Position numbers and translations under genes: made by a program. 64,000 nucleotides of DNA from a virus (lineage: Duplodnaviria > Caudoviricetes), in the IMG/VR virus record IMGVR_UViG_2740892609_000001, positions 1,688 through 65,687 of that record; one strand, given 5' to 3'. Shown here in pieces: positions 48,955-57,596 of the stretch. Under the pieces are notes generated by a model. That model worked only from the letters and a program-made list of their open reading frames with translations. It was not told the DNA's origin and searched no databases. The first letter of the stretch is position 1; each line of letters opens with the position of its first letter.

Positions 48955-50035
48955 TGAAGGGGCCTCTAGAGATCGCCTGGTACGGGTGTGCGCTCGCCGA
49001 CGGAGCCATAGCCGAAGAGCTCCGTTCTCTCGTCCCGGCAGGCGCCCTCAGCCGCAGGCTCGGTGCCGCCACCAGCACCAACTTCAATCTCACGGCCAGC
49101 GGCGCTCCTGACGAATGGGAGAGCGCCACCGACCCCGGCAGAACCATGGTCGTCGGAGTCGACACCCTCACGAACACCCCGATCTGGGCTGGCCTCAGCC
49201 TGGTACGGGATGGCGGCTCCGACGAGGAAATCGAGTTCGCTCTGACGAGCCCGAGGGCTACCTCGACCGCCGCTACCCAGGGACCTACTCCGCTACGCAG
49301 ACCGACGCCTCAACAGTGATGGCCGCCCTGGCAGCCCCCGTCACGACCGCCGGCCTGCCACTCGTCTTCGATACGACCCTGTCCGGCCTGCTGATCGACT
49401 TCGAGATGCTCGACAGCGACGACAAGACCATCTTGTCCGCGCTCCAGACGATCAGCGCCATGGAGGGTGCGCCGGAATGGACGACCGATGTCGTCTGGGC
49501 TAACGCCGCAAAGTCGGCCTTTCAGCTGGTGATGCGCATCCGCCCACGCATCGGCACCCAGACCGACACCCCAGAGGCGATCTTCGACATGCCCGGCTGT
49601 ATCAGCAAGTACCGCCTCCGGGAGTCCTACGAACACGGCAAAGGGGCGACCGTCGTGGTCGCGACGGGTGAGGGGCAGGGCGACTCCCGCATCGAGTCCG
49701 ACGTGCAGACCGCTACCGACTTGATCGCCGCGGGCTGGCCTCGCTGGATCTACCGGTACAGCCCCGGCACCGGCATCACTGATGTCGACCAGCTCAACGC
49801 TCACGCCGAGGCCACTCTGCAGCTGCTGCAGTCGGGCAGCCGGTCCTGGACGGTCAATGCCACAGCCTCTCAGGCTCCGCGCGTGGGATCCGACTGGTTC
49901 CTGGGCGACAGCCTCAGCGTGCAGATCGCCACCTCCCCGAGGCATCCCCGAGGCGCAACCGCCATCGCCCGCGCCTACGGATGGGATCTCGACGTCGCCG
50001 CGGACACGATCACCCCGATCCTGCTGGAGGAGTGA
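48954..50035 (+). CDS. Minor tail/baseplate hub protein (apparent frameshift near 49251)
   Basis: PIWAG...EGYLDRRY...GAPEW...GDS; adding one base gives 1083 nt. Confidence 0.75.
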
Positions 50036-50036
50036 C

Positions 50037-50756
50037 ATGCCGCTGCCCGTCGATCTTCTCCCGCCGACACCGCAGGCCATCTGGCAGGCGATCAAGCAGC
50101 TGCAGCGGGACTACCGAGAGCTGGTCGCGGCCCGCCGGTCGGAGCGGACGGGCACGCTGCGGGTGTACACGTCAGCCGGGACGCTCATCATCGAGACCGG
50201 CCCGACGCCGTCGACCCACCTGAACGGCAGTGTGCAGGAAGGGATCCGCCTGTACCGCGAGGACGGTTCGCTCGTCGCCGCGGTGCAGGCGGAGCCGTCC
50301 GTGACCGGCGTGAACACCCAGTCGTGGACGCTGTACGACCGGCTCGGGAACGCCGTCATGGGCGACGATCCGATCCCGGGCGCCGGGTTGTCCCGGCCGT
50401 ACATACCGATCGCGTTCGCCGACTCCAACTTCCTGGACTGGCCGGCAACGTTCAGCATTCCGTGGGTCGACCTGAAGCAGACCACGATCAAAAAGCAGCA
50501 GGCGATGGCCTACGTCGTCATGGGTCACACCATGGACACCTCCGGCGCCAACGGCCAGGTGCAGATGTACGTCAACGGCACGGCGATCGGCTCGCCTACC
50601 GCGGTGACGTTCAGCGTCACGACCACGACCGTCGGCCCGTTCGCGCTGCCCGGCAACCACCTCGACGACGTCGACATCCGGATGAAGGCACGTTTCACCG
50701 GCGGCGCTGGCAGCCTCCGCGGCCAGATCATGGCCGCCTCCCAGATCCAGTCGTAG
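50037..50756 (+). CDS. Minor tail protein
   Basis: N-terminal coiled coil; GLSRPYIP. Confidence 0.7.
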   Translation: MPLPVDLLPPTPQAIWQAIKQLQRDYRELVAARRSERTGTLRVYTSAGTLIIETGPTPSTHLNGSVQEGIRLYREDGSLVAAVQAEPSVTGVNTQSWTLYDRLGNAVMGDDPIPGAGLSRPYIPIAFADSNFLDWPATFSIPWVDLKQTTIKKQQAMAYVVMGHTMDTSGANGQVQMYVNGTAIGSPTAVTFSVTTTTVGPFALPGNHLDDVDIRMKARFTGGAGSLRGQIMAASQIQS

Positions 50757-50764
50757 GAGCCGCC

Positions 50765-50923
50765 ATGGGCACCCCGCCCGAGCCACCGGAACGGCCGCCC
50801 GGCTACGACAACATCATCGTCGAGCTGCCGATCCCGCTGTCCGAGCAGAACCCGCCCGAACTCCCCGACCCGCCCATCGAGCCCGAGCCCGACCCGGGCG
50901 GCGAGGCCACCATCGCAACGTAG
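50765..50923 (+). CDS. Small Pro-rich protein
   Basis: AGGAG RBS. Confidence 0.45.
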   Translation: MGTPPEPPERPPGYDNIIVELPIPLSEQNPPELPDPPIEPEPDPGGEATIAT

Positions 50924-50931
50924 GAGGCCTC

Positions 50932-51792
50932 ATGGCCTGGTACCCCGGAGCTACCAAGATGGAGCTCCAACCCGAGTCGGACAGCCAGCCGGCCATCGTC
51001 CCTACCCAGCTCATCTTCCACTCGGTCGCCGCACCGTGGACGAAGGAGCGGATCTTCGAATTTTGGCGCGACAGCACCAACCTCGACTCCCACTTCGGCC
51101 AGTCCTACGACGGCAGCATCGCCCAGTACATCGGCACCGAGACCCGCGCCGACGCCAACTACCTGGCAAACCGGCGGCCCGACGGGACTGGCGCGGTGTC
51201 CATCGAGACGGCATCGAACGACAACCACACGGACCCCTGGACAGACGCCCAGGTCGAAGGGCTGATCCGGCTCGGCGTGTGGATGCACGAGAGGCACGGC
51301 CTCCCGCTGCGAATCTGCCGCAGCGCTTCCGATCCCGGCTACGGATACCACCGCCTGTATGGCGACTGGGCCGTCAGCGGGACCGCCTGCCCGGGTGACG
51401 CGCGTGTCGCGCAGTTCAAGAACGTGATCTTCCCGGCCATCGTCGCCCGCGCGACAGGCCAGGCCCCCAACCCGTCCGAGGAGGACGACATGCCCACAGC
51501 CGACGAGATCGCCACCGCCGTCTGGCGCCACACGGAGACCAACGCCGCCACCGGCAAGCCGGTCGACATGGGCGCCGTCATGGCCTGGATGGACAAGGTC
51601 CACAACACCCAGGTCGACACGATCGCCAGGCAGCTCGCCGCAACCCAGGCCGCCGTCACCGCGCTCGCCACGCTGCTCGGCCAGCACGACGACGCCGACA
51701 CCGCCACCATCGTGGCCGCGGTCAAGAAGGCCATCGCCGACGCCGTCGTCAAGGTCGACGTCACTGTCAGCGGCACCCCGACGGAGGGCTGA
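50932..51792 (+). CDS. Endolysin, N-acetylmuramoyl-L-alanine amidase (Amidase_2)
   Basis: LIFHS...SHF...ADAN...SIET...WTDAQ...GYHR...TACPG. Confidence 0.9.
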   Translation: MAWYPGATKMELQPESDSQPAIVPTQLIFHSVAAPWTKERIFEFWRDSTNLDSHFGQSYDGSIAQYIGTETRADANYLANRRPDGTGAVSIETASNDNHTDPWTDAQVEGLIRLGVWMHERHGLPLRICRSASDPGYGYHRLYGDWAVSGTACPGDARVAQFKNVIFPAIVARATGQAPNPSEEDDMPTADEIATAVWRHTETNAATGKPVDMGAVMAWMDKVHNTQVDTIARQLAATQAAVTALATLLGQHDDADTATIVAAVKKAIADAVVKVDVTVSGTPTEG

Positions 51793-51794
51793 CC

Positions 51795-52154
51795 ATGAAG
51801 CTGTTCAATCGGGAGCCGGCGCTCTGGCTCGGTCTCGTCGCGATCACCGTCAAGCTCCTCGCCGCGTTCGGCCTCGACGTGAGCGCCGACCAGCAGGCCG
51901 TCATCAACGCGGTCGCCGCGGCCCTCGTCGGTCTCGCGCTCGCCGTGATGGCGCACGATGCGATCGGCGCCGCCGTCCTCGGCCTCGCCCAGGCCGTCCT
52001 CGCGCTCGCCGTCGGGTTCGGCCTGGACTGGTCTGCCGAGCAGCAGGCCGTCGTCCTCGCCGCCGCGTCCGCGGTCGTCGCCATGTGGGACCGGACGCAG
52101 ATCACCGCCCCGGCGCCGGCCGCCGCGGTACAGCGACCGCTCTCGGGCGTGTAG
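51795..52154 (+). CDS. Holin-like membrane protein
   Basis: REPAL...; internally duplicated TM hairpins; follows the endolysin. Confidence 0.75.
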   Translation: MKLFNREPALWLGLVAITVKLLAAFGLDVSADQQAVINAVAAALVGLALAVMAHDAIGAAVLGLAQAVLALAVGFGLDWSAEQQAVVLAAASAVVAMWDRTQITAPAPAAAVQRPLSGV

Positions 52155-52600
52155 TGCGGTGCCGCGTCGCCAGGTGGCTCGGCAAGCGCCTGGGCCGCCG
52201 CGGCCCTTTCCTGCTGTTCATGGGAATCGGCAAGATCTGTTTCGGCATCGGGCTGATCGTGGAACCGCCGTCCACGCTCGGCCTCAGCCTCCTCACCCAC
52301 TACGCCCCGCTGCACTGCTGGGCCTGGGTGTGGATCCTCGCCGGGATGGCCACGTTCATCTGCGCCTGGATGAGGTTCACCCAGGACGGCCTCGGCTTCG
52401 TCGCCGCCAGCATCCCGCCATCCCTGTGGGCGTTCGCCTACGGCTGGGCCGGGTTACTAGGCGACTACTCCCGAGGCCTATGGGTGTTCGCGTGGTACAT
52501 CACATCCCACTGTGGCGTTATCTGGTGGGCATCCCGTACACCTCCCGGCGGCGGACACACCCCACATCAGCGGGAGGTGGCTGAAGGGAGACCCGGATGA
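52154..52600 (+). CDS. Four-TM lysis-region membrane protein
   Basis: LGRRGPFL then four TMs; contains a TTA codon. Confidence 0.75.
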   Translation: MRCRVARWLGKRLGRRGPFLLFMGIGKICFGIGLIVEPPSTLGLSLLTHYAPLHCWAWVWILAGMATFICAWMRFTQDGLGFVAASIPPSLWAFAYGWAGLLGDYSRGLWVFAWYITSHCGVIWWASRTPPGGGHTPHQREVAEGRPG

Positions 52601-52926
52601 ACGGGATGTGGGGCCTGGTCGGCGCGGCGGTTACCGTGCTCGGCGTCATCACCACGGGATGGTTCACCTATAAGGGTACGCGGGTTGCGGCGGCTCTGGC
52701 CGCAGGGCCGGCCGCCAAGGCCCAGGATTTCGCCGTCCTCCAGGCGACGGTGGCGCGAGTCGACGAGGAGAACGGTGAACTGCGAGGCAGACAGTCCCGC
52801 CTGGAAGCCCTTCTCCGGGCGTTCGCCTGGACGACCGACAGGTGGGCGCAGCAGATGCACAGGAACGGCATCGAGCCCGAGCCGCCCCACCCTCTGGTGG
52901 ATGAATACAACCGAACTGGAGTGTGA
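52597..52926 (+). CDS. TM plus coiled-coil lysis-region protein
   Basis: N-terminal TM, heptads, GIEPEPP. Confidence 0.75.
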   Translation: MNGMWGLVGAAVTVLGVITTGWFTYKGTRVAAALAAGPAAKAQDFAVLQATVARVDEENGELRGRQSRLEALLRAFAWTTDRWAQQMHRNGIEPEPPHPLVDEYNRTGV

Positions 52927-53309
52927 TGATCGGTATCCTGCTTGCCCACTTGGCGGGCGACTACCTGCTCCAGTCCCACTGGATGGCAAACGAGAAGACG
53001 AAGCACTGGTGGCCCGCGTGGGCGCACGCGCTCACCTATGGACTGCCGTTCCTGCTCGTCACCCAGTCGCCTGCCGCGCTGGCCGTCATCGTCGGGACTC
53101 ACGCGGTCATCGATCACTACCGCCTGGCACGCCATGTCGTCTGGGTGAAGAACTTCCTGGCACCCCGCAGTCACTGGCGCACGTGGTCGGAGTGTTCCGC
53201 GACGGGGTACCCGAGCGAGACGCCGCCGTGGCTGGCAGTCTGGCTGATGATCATCGCCGACAACACCATCCACCTGATCATCAACGTGGCGGCCGTCCAC
53301 TACCTGTAG
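52923..53309 (+). CDS. DUF3307-like membrane protein
   Basis: AHLAGDYLLQSHWMA...H...THAVIDH...DNTIH. Confidence 0.85.
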   Translation: MMIGILLAHLAGDYLLQSHWMANEKTKHWWPAWAHALTYGLPFLLVTQSPAALAVIVGTHAVIDHYRLARHVVWVKNFLAPRSHWRTWSECSATGYPSETPPWLAVWLMIIADNTIHLIINVAAVHYL

Positions 53310-53315
53310 CCAGCA

Positions 53316-53345
53316 GCCCCCGCCCACCCGGGCGGGGGCGCTTCT
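53316..53345 (+). terminator. Terminator hairpin at the end of the late operon
   Basis: GCCCCCGCCC-accc-GGGCGGGGGC. Confidence 0.65.
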
Positions 53346-53394
53346 TCATACCCAACTCCCGCCGCGTGCCCGGCGATAAGATGCCAAATCGCCG

Positions 53395-53424
53395 GTGTCC
53401 AACAACCGATCGGTTGTTGGACAC
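53395..53424. promoter_or_regulatory. res site I-like perfect 30-bp palindrome
   Basis: GTGTCCAACAACCG-AT-CGGTTGTTGGACAC upstream of the resolvase. Confidence 0.75.
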
Positions 53425-53539
53425 GGCGCCCCGCGGGGACGGTCCTGGGGTTACACGACCGCCACCGCGTCCATAAAGGGTGTCCAAAAATTCGAAGCGT
53501 TCATTAACCATCAACCACCCCTTTCTGTACGGTTCTTGC

Positions 53540-54217
53540 ATGACCACAGCCGCCCAGTGGGCAGCCGACGGCGAAGACACCCTCGCCGCGTTCCCCGCCA
53601 ACGTGACTGGCGTCCTCATCGGATACGCCCGCGTCTCCACCAAGGGTCAGAACCTCGACCGCCAGATCGCCGCGCTCACCACGTGCGGCTGCGCCAAGGT
53701 CTTCGCGGACAAGAAGTCCGGCAAGACCGTCGAGCGCGAAGAGCTCTGGAAGGCGCTGGAGTACGCCCGCCCCGGCGACACCCTCGTCGTACCGTCCCTC
53801 GACCGTCTCGGCCGCTCCATCCAGGACCTCATCGCCATCGTCGCCGGCCTCCGCAAACGCGGCATCGGCTTCCGCTCACTGCATGAAGCCCTCGACACGA
53901 CCACCCCCGGCGGTCGGCTCGTCTTCCACGTCTTCGCCGCGCTCGCCGAGTTCATCCGCGAACTCATCGTCCAGGGCACCCATGAAGGACTCGCCGCCGC
54001 CCGAGCCCGCGGCGAGCGCATCGGCCGCCCGCCGGCCATGACCGAGGAGCAGATCCTGCACGCCCGGTCCATGCTCGCCAACCCCGAAGCCTCCATCGCC
54101 TCCATCGCCCGGCTGCTCGGGATCAGCCGGACCACGCTGTACAAGTACGTCCCAGAACTCCGAGCTGGCCACCGACCGGAGCTGACAGCCCGCGCCGCAA
54201 ACGGAGAGCTGTCATGA
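53540..54217 (+). CDS. Small serine recombinase (resolvase/invertase)
   Basis: IGYARVST..Q..DRQ...GDTLVVPSLDRLGRS...GRPP; C-terminal HTH. Confidence 0.95.
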   Translation: MTTAAQWAADGEDTLAAFPANVTGVLIGYARVSTKGQNLDRQIAALTTCGCAKVFADKKSGKTVEREELWKALEYARPGDTLVVPSLDRLGRSIQDLIAIVAGLRKRGIGFRSLHEALDTTTPGGRLVFHVFAALAEFIRELIVQGTHEGLAAARARGERIGRPPAMTEEQILHARSMLANPEASIASIARLLGISRTTLYKYVPELRAGHRPELTARAANGELS

Positions 54218-54789
54218 AGACATGCGGTCGCCTGACCAAGCGCAACGGCATCTGCCGTTCACCGGTGCTTGCCTACTGGGGCATGCCGCACACCGTGCCC
54301 AAGGCCGCCTCGTGCCGCGCCCACCTCACTCCGGAGGAGTCCGAGGTCTACGACAAGGCGGTCCAGGAGCGTGAGGCGAGCGTCGAAGCCTCCTGGAAAT
54401 GGTTCTTCGAGCAGGAACCAGCCTGCTGGCGTTGGCCCGCGGTCGGTGTGATTGCCGCCAGCGAGGCGGAGCAGTTCCAGGTCCTGTACGAGTGGCACGC
54501 CGACCGCTGTGCGATCTGCGGCCGTCGCGCCCACCTTGTCGAGGATCACGACCACGCCACCGGCTTGACCCGCGGCTACCTGTGCACCAGCTGCAACACG
54601 CGGGAAGGCATCTACGCAAGGGAGCCGGAGGGACCGTTCGCAAAGTACCGCGAACGCCACCCGACAACGATCCTCGGCCTGAGGCTCCGCTACTGGGACC
54701 CCTTTGCCAAGGCCTACGCCAAGCCACGCCCACCGCTGTCGGAGGCTGACGCCTGGACCGACGCCGCGTCCGACGACATCGGCCTGTAG
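54214..54789 (+). CDS. Endonuclease VII-domain protein
   Basis: CAICG...DHDHATGLTRGYLCTSCNTREG. Confidence 0.85.
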   Translation: MKTCGRLTKRNGICRSPVLAYWGMPHTVPKAASCRAHLTPEESEVYDKAVQEREASVEASWKWFFEQEPACWRWPAVGVIAASEAEQFQVLYEWHADRCAICGRRAHLVEDHDHATGLTRGYLCTSCNTREGIYAREPEGPFAKYRERHPTTILGLRLRYWDPFAKAYAKPRPPLSEADAWTDAASDDIGL

Positions 54790-54802
54790 AGAGGAACTCA
54801 AC

Positions 54803-54994
54803 ATGAACAGCAACACCCACCCGCTGCGTTACCGCCTCCGCGGGGGTCGCAACGTACACGCGGTCAAGTTCATCGCGCGCAACACCTCGGCCATCACCGC
54901 CTGCGGCGAGATGGTCCTGGACAAGGACGAGAGGCAGTACGAAGGGAAGCCCGTGACGTGCAGTGCCTGCGCCCGACGACTCCAACGCGCTTAA
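54803..54994 (+). CDS. Small Zn-binding protein
   Basis: VH...TACG...VTCSAC. Confidence 0.55.
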   Translation: MNSNTHPLRYRLRGGRNVHAVKFIARNTSAITACGEMVLDKDERQYEGKPVTCSACARRLQRA

Positions 54995-55033
54995 GGGAAC
55001 GTTATGCGCTAGCCCAACCCGAAGGAGGCCACG

Positions 55034-55288
55034 TTGAAGACCCCGATCGACATGCCCAGCTCATGGCTCGGCGAGCTGGAGCAGGCCGCCCAGGAGCGCG
55101 AGGATGAGATCGTGCGCTTCGTTCTCCAGCAGCCCGACTACCCGCCGCTACCCGCCTGCCCCGAGTGCGGCGCCGAACCCACGGAGATCAAGCAGCGGAT
55201 GGGGGACCCCGACTTCGACATCGACCACAACTTCGCATGGGTGGCCTTCGAGCCCTGCGGGCACGTCTTTCGAGCCCGCGCCGTCTGA
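55034..55288 (+). CDS. Small zinc-ribbon protein
   Basis: CPEC...PCGH; AGGAGG RBS. Confidence 0.55.
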   Translation: MKTPIDMPSSWLGELEQAAQEREDEIVRFVLQQPDYPPLPACPECGAEPTEIKQRMGDPDFDIDHNFAWVAFEPCGHVFRARAV

Positions 55289-55443
55289 CCGTCCTGCCAC
55301 ACTGGAGCCACCCGAAGGAGGGACGCCATGCGCGTGATCCGCTGGACCCAACGGAACTTCGAGCCAGCCGCCTACACGTTCGCCGCCACGTGCGCGATCG
55401 CCCTGGCGGCCATCGCGCCGATCGCCTGGAAGTAGGGGACGCC

Positions 55444-55656
55444 ATGCCGTACCGCCCGTACCCGAACGCGGACCGCGCCCTTCGGCAGCTCGCACGCCAG
55501 CAGGCCGAGACCGCGTTTCACCCGCACGTCATCTTCGATCCGAGTACCGGGGTCTTCGCCGAGTGGAATCGGATGCTAACCATCGCGGCGCGGCAGGCGC
55601 CGGAGGCGTTCATGAAGGAAGTCGCTAAGGCCTTCCGCGGCGCCCAGCGGGCCTGA
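55444..55656 (+). CDS. Hypothetical protein
   Basis: MPYRPYPNADRALRQ. Confidence 0.5.
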   Translation: MPYRPYPNADRALRQLARQQAETAFHPHVIFDPSTGVFAEWNRMLTIAARQAPEAFMKEVAKAFRGAQRA

Positions 55657-55660
55657 CGCC

Positions 55661-55682
55661 TGTCGGTGCCGCGCGCCACACT
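55661..55682 (+). promoter_or_regulatory. RecA-NDp/PafBC-like promoter motif
   Basis: TGTCGG-N10-CACACT versus consensus TGTCGG-N10-TA-N3-T. Confidence 0.5.
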
Positions 55683-55690
55683 GGGGGCAG

Positions 55691-55784
55691 TCCCTCGTGG
55701 CTTAGCGGCTAGAGCGCTCGGTGCACCGCCCTCCGGGGTAACTGAAAGACGAGATCGCGGGTTCGAGTCCCGCCGAGGGATCCA
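55691..55784 (+). tRNA. Atypical tRNA/tRNA-like RNA with expanded anticodon arm
   Basis: Acceptor TCCCTCG/CGAGGGA plus T-CCA; D stem GCTT/GAGC; T arm GCGGG-TTCGAGT-CCCGC; 29 nt enclosed by CTCG/CGAG. Confidence 0.75.
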
Positions 55785-55811
55785 GCCCCCACCTTCGGGT
55801 GGGGGCTTTCT
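55784..55811 (+). terminator. Intrinsic terminator
   Basis: AGCCCCCACC-ttcg-GGTGGGGGCT-TTCT. Confidence 0.85.
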
Positions 55812-55937
55812 CGTGTCCGGAATCTTGCTCTGTCATATGCCTACCGATGCCCCGGCCTGCGGGTTTACGGTGTCCGCACCCGATCCCCCCGGGGGCCGGT
55901 ATCCCTCCCGACCTCCCTGCGGGAGGGCTGCCGCGCG

Positions 55938-56174
55938 TCACGGCCCGTCGGGCTCCTCGTACACGTGCGGCTGTCCGCCCTGCCAGGCGATGACCTCCGA
56001 GTCGCCGAGGACCAGGTCGTCCGGGTCGGGTACTTCGATCCGCCGCAGGAACTCGATCAGGTCCGCATCGGAGTAGGCGACGCCGAGGACGGTGTCGACG
56101 CCGGCGATCCGGATCACGCCCCGCCGGCCACCCGACGGGGAGATCCGGTGCACGAGGATCGGCGCACGCTCCAT
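55938..56174 (-). CDS. Small hypothetical protein
   Basis: PILVHRISPSGGRR...LGVAYSDADLIEFLRR; GGAGG RBS. Confidence 0.7.
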   Translation of the reverse strand: MERAPILVHRISPSGGRRGVIRIAGVDTVLGVAYSDADLIEFLRRIEVPDPDDLVLGDSEVIAWQGGQPHVYEEPDGP

Positions 56175-56197
56175 CCCTCCAGCCTGCGTCGGGCCGG

Positions 56198-56533
56198 TCA
56201 GTCCAGCACGCCGAGCTCGACGTCCGGCCGGCAGTACGGGCAGGCCTCCAGCTGCTCGGCCAGCGCACGCAGCGCGGCATCACGGGTGAGTGCGTGCCGC
56301 CGGAAGCCCTTGCCGCCCATCGCGCAGCCACCGACGTGCACCGTGGTCGGCCGTCGGCTCAGATCGAGCTCCAGCTCCCACTCGGCGGGCGGGGCGGGCG
56401 GCAGACGCGCGGCCAGCTCGGCGAGCCGCTGCTCCTCAGCGGCGATCCAGCCGCGGGTCCGCTCCAGGTCCTGCAGCTGCACCCGCTCCAGGAAGCGGAG
56501 GAGGTCAAGACGGGACGGCTGCGGATCGGACAC
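56198..56533 (-). CDS. DUF6233-like protein
   Basis: VHVGGCAM...ACPYCRPDVELG. Confidence 0.75.
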   Translation of the reverse strand: MSDPQPSRLDLLRFLERVQLQDLERTRGWIAAEEQRLAELAARLPPAPPAEWELELDLSRRPTTVHVGGCAMGGKGFRRHALTRDAALRALAEQLEACPYCRPDVELGVLD

Positions 56534-56546
56534 AAGTTCGATTCTA
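56526..56546 (-). promoter_or_regulatory. LexA (SOS) box with adjacent -10 element
   Basis: Minus strand TAGAAT overlapping TCGAAC-TTGT-GTCCGA; 1 mismatch to TCGAAC-N4-GTTCGA. Confidence 0.65.
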
Positions 56547-56739
56547 CGCTGATCGGCGCATGCCCTTTGTCAGTGCCACCTGCGAACATGTCCACATCAG
56601 GCACTCACTCCTAGCTAGCGGGGATGCTGCTGGGCGAGTGCAGCACCGCCCCGCCGGGCCTGTCTGGGCTTGTGAGACCGGCGGGGCGGAGCGCTGTCAG
56701 GCCTCGGTCGGCTCCGGGTGCCGGACCGCCTTCTTCAGC

Positions 56740-56922
56740 CTAGGCGGCGGGTACGACAGTGGCCCGCAGCCATGCGGCGAGCAGACGCTGGTACTCCTCC
56801 GACCCGGCCCCACCGGAGGCGACGAGCGCGCGGATCCGCTCGTTCAACTCGGCAGCCTCAGGGGTCGGGATCATGCCGAACAGGATAGCGAGCAGCACCC
56901 ACAGTTGGCCCCGGCCGCCCAT
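56740..56922 (-). CDS. Small hypothetical protein
   Basis: AAELNERIRALV...EYQRLLAAW; start uncertain. Confidence 0.45.
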   Translation of the reverse strand: MGGRGQLWVLLAILFGMIPTPEAAELNERIRALVASGGAGSEEYQRLLAAWLRATVVPAA

Positions 56923-56933
56923 AGGATCGGCCC

Positions 56934-57596
56934 ATGATTCGAGCTGTCGTTTTCGATGTTGGCGAGTGCCTAGTAGACGAGACCCGCGAGTACGGCACCT
57001 GGGCCGACTGGCTCGGCGTCCCCCGCCACACCTTCGCCGCCATGTTCGGCGCGGTCATCGCCCAGGGCCGCGACTACCGCGAGGTCTTCCAGCCCTTCAA
57101 GCCTGGCTTCGACCTGACCGCCGAGCGGGAAGCGCGCGCCTCCGCCGGCCAGCCGGAGCACTTCGACGAGTCCGACCTGTACCCGGACGTGCGGCCCGCG
57201 CTGGCCAAGCTTCGAGCGGACGGCCTGTGGCTCGGCATCGCCGGCAACCAGACGGTCCGCGCGGGCGGCATCCTCCGAGGCCTCTTCGCCGACGACGTCG
57301 ACCTGATCGGCACCTCCGACGACTGGGGCGCCAGCAAGCCCGACCTCGCGTTCTTCGAGCGCGTGGCCGAGGTCGTCCCCTACATCGCCGGCGAGATTCT
57401 CTACGTCGGCGACCGCGTCGACAACGACCTCCGCCCCGGCGCCACCGCAGGCATGCACACCGCGCTCATCCGCCGCGGCCCCTGGGCCACCATCCAGTGG
57501 GACACCGAGGAAGCGAAGAAGCTGCCGACCTTCCGGGTCGACAGCCTCCTCGAGCTCCCCGCGCTGATCGGCGAGTTCAATTCGCGAGAGCGCTGA
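56934..57596 (+). CDS. HAD-superfamily hydrolase
   Basis: VVFDVGECLVD; LYPDV; GIAGNQ; SKPD; YVGDRVDND. Confidence 0.9.
   Translation: MIRAVVFDVGECLVDETREYGTWADWLGVPRHTFAAMFGAVIAQGRDYREVFQPFKPGFDLTAEREARASAGQPEHFDESDLYPDVRPALAKLRADGLWLGIAGNQTVRAGGILRGLFADDVDLIGTSDDWGASKPDLAFFERVAEVVPYIAGEILYVGDRVDNDLRPGATAGMHTALIRRGPWATIQWDTEEAKKLPTFRVDSLLELPALIGEFNSRER

Noticed and set aside
47927-54217. Invertase-driven tail fibre switching or a diversity-generating retroelement
   Set aside because: No inverted partner site, alternative fibre cassette, reverse transcriptase or TR/VR pair seen
55691-55784. tRNA-like element as an att remnant or tmRNA
   Set aside because: Not a copy of tRNA-Val, full-length at both ends with its own terminator, and far too short for tmRNA
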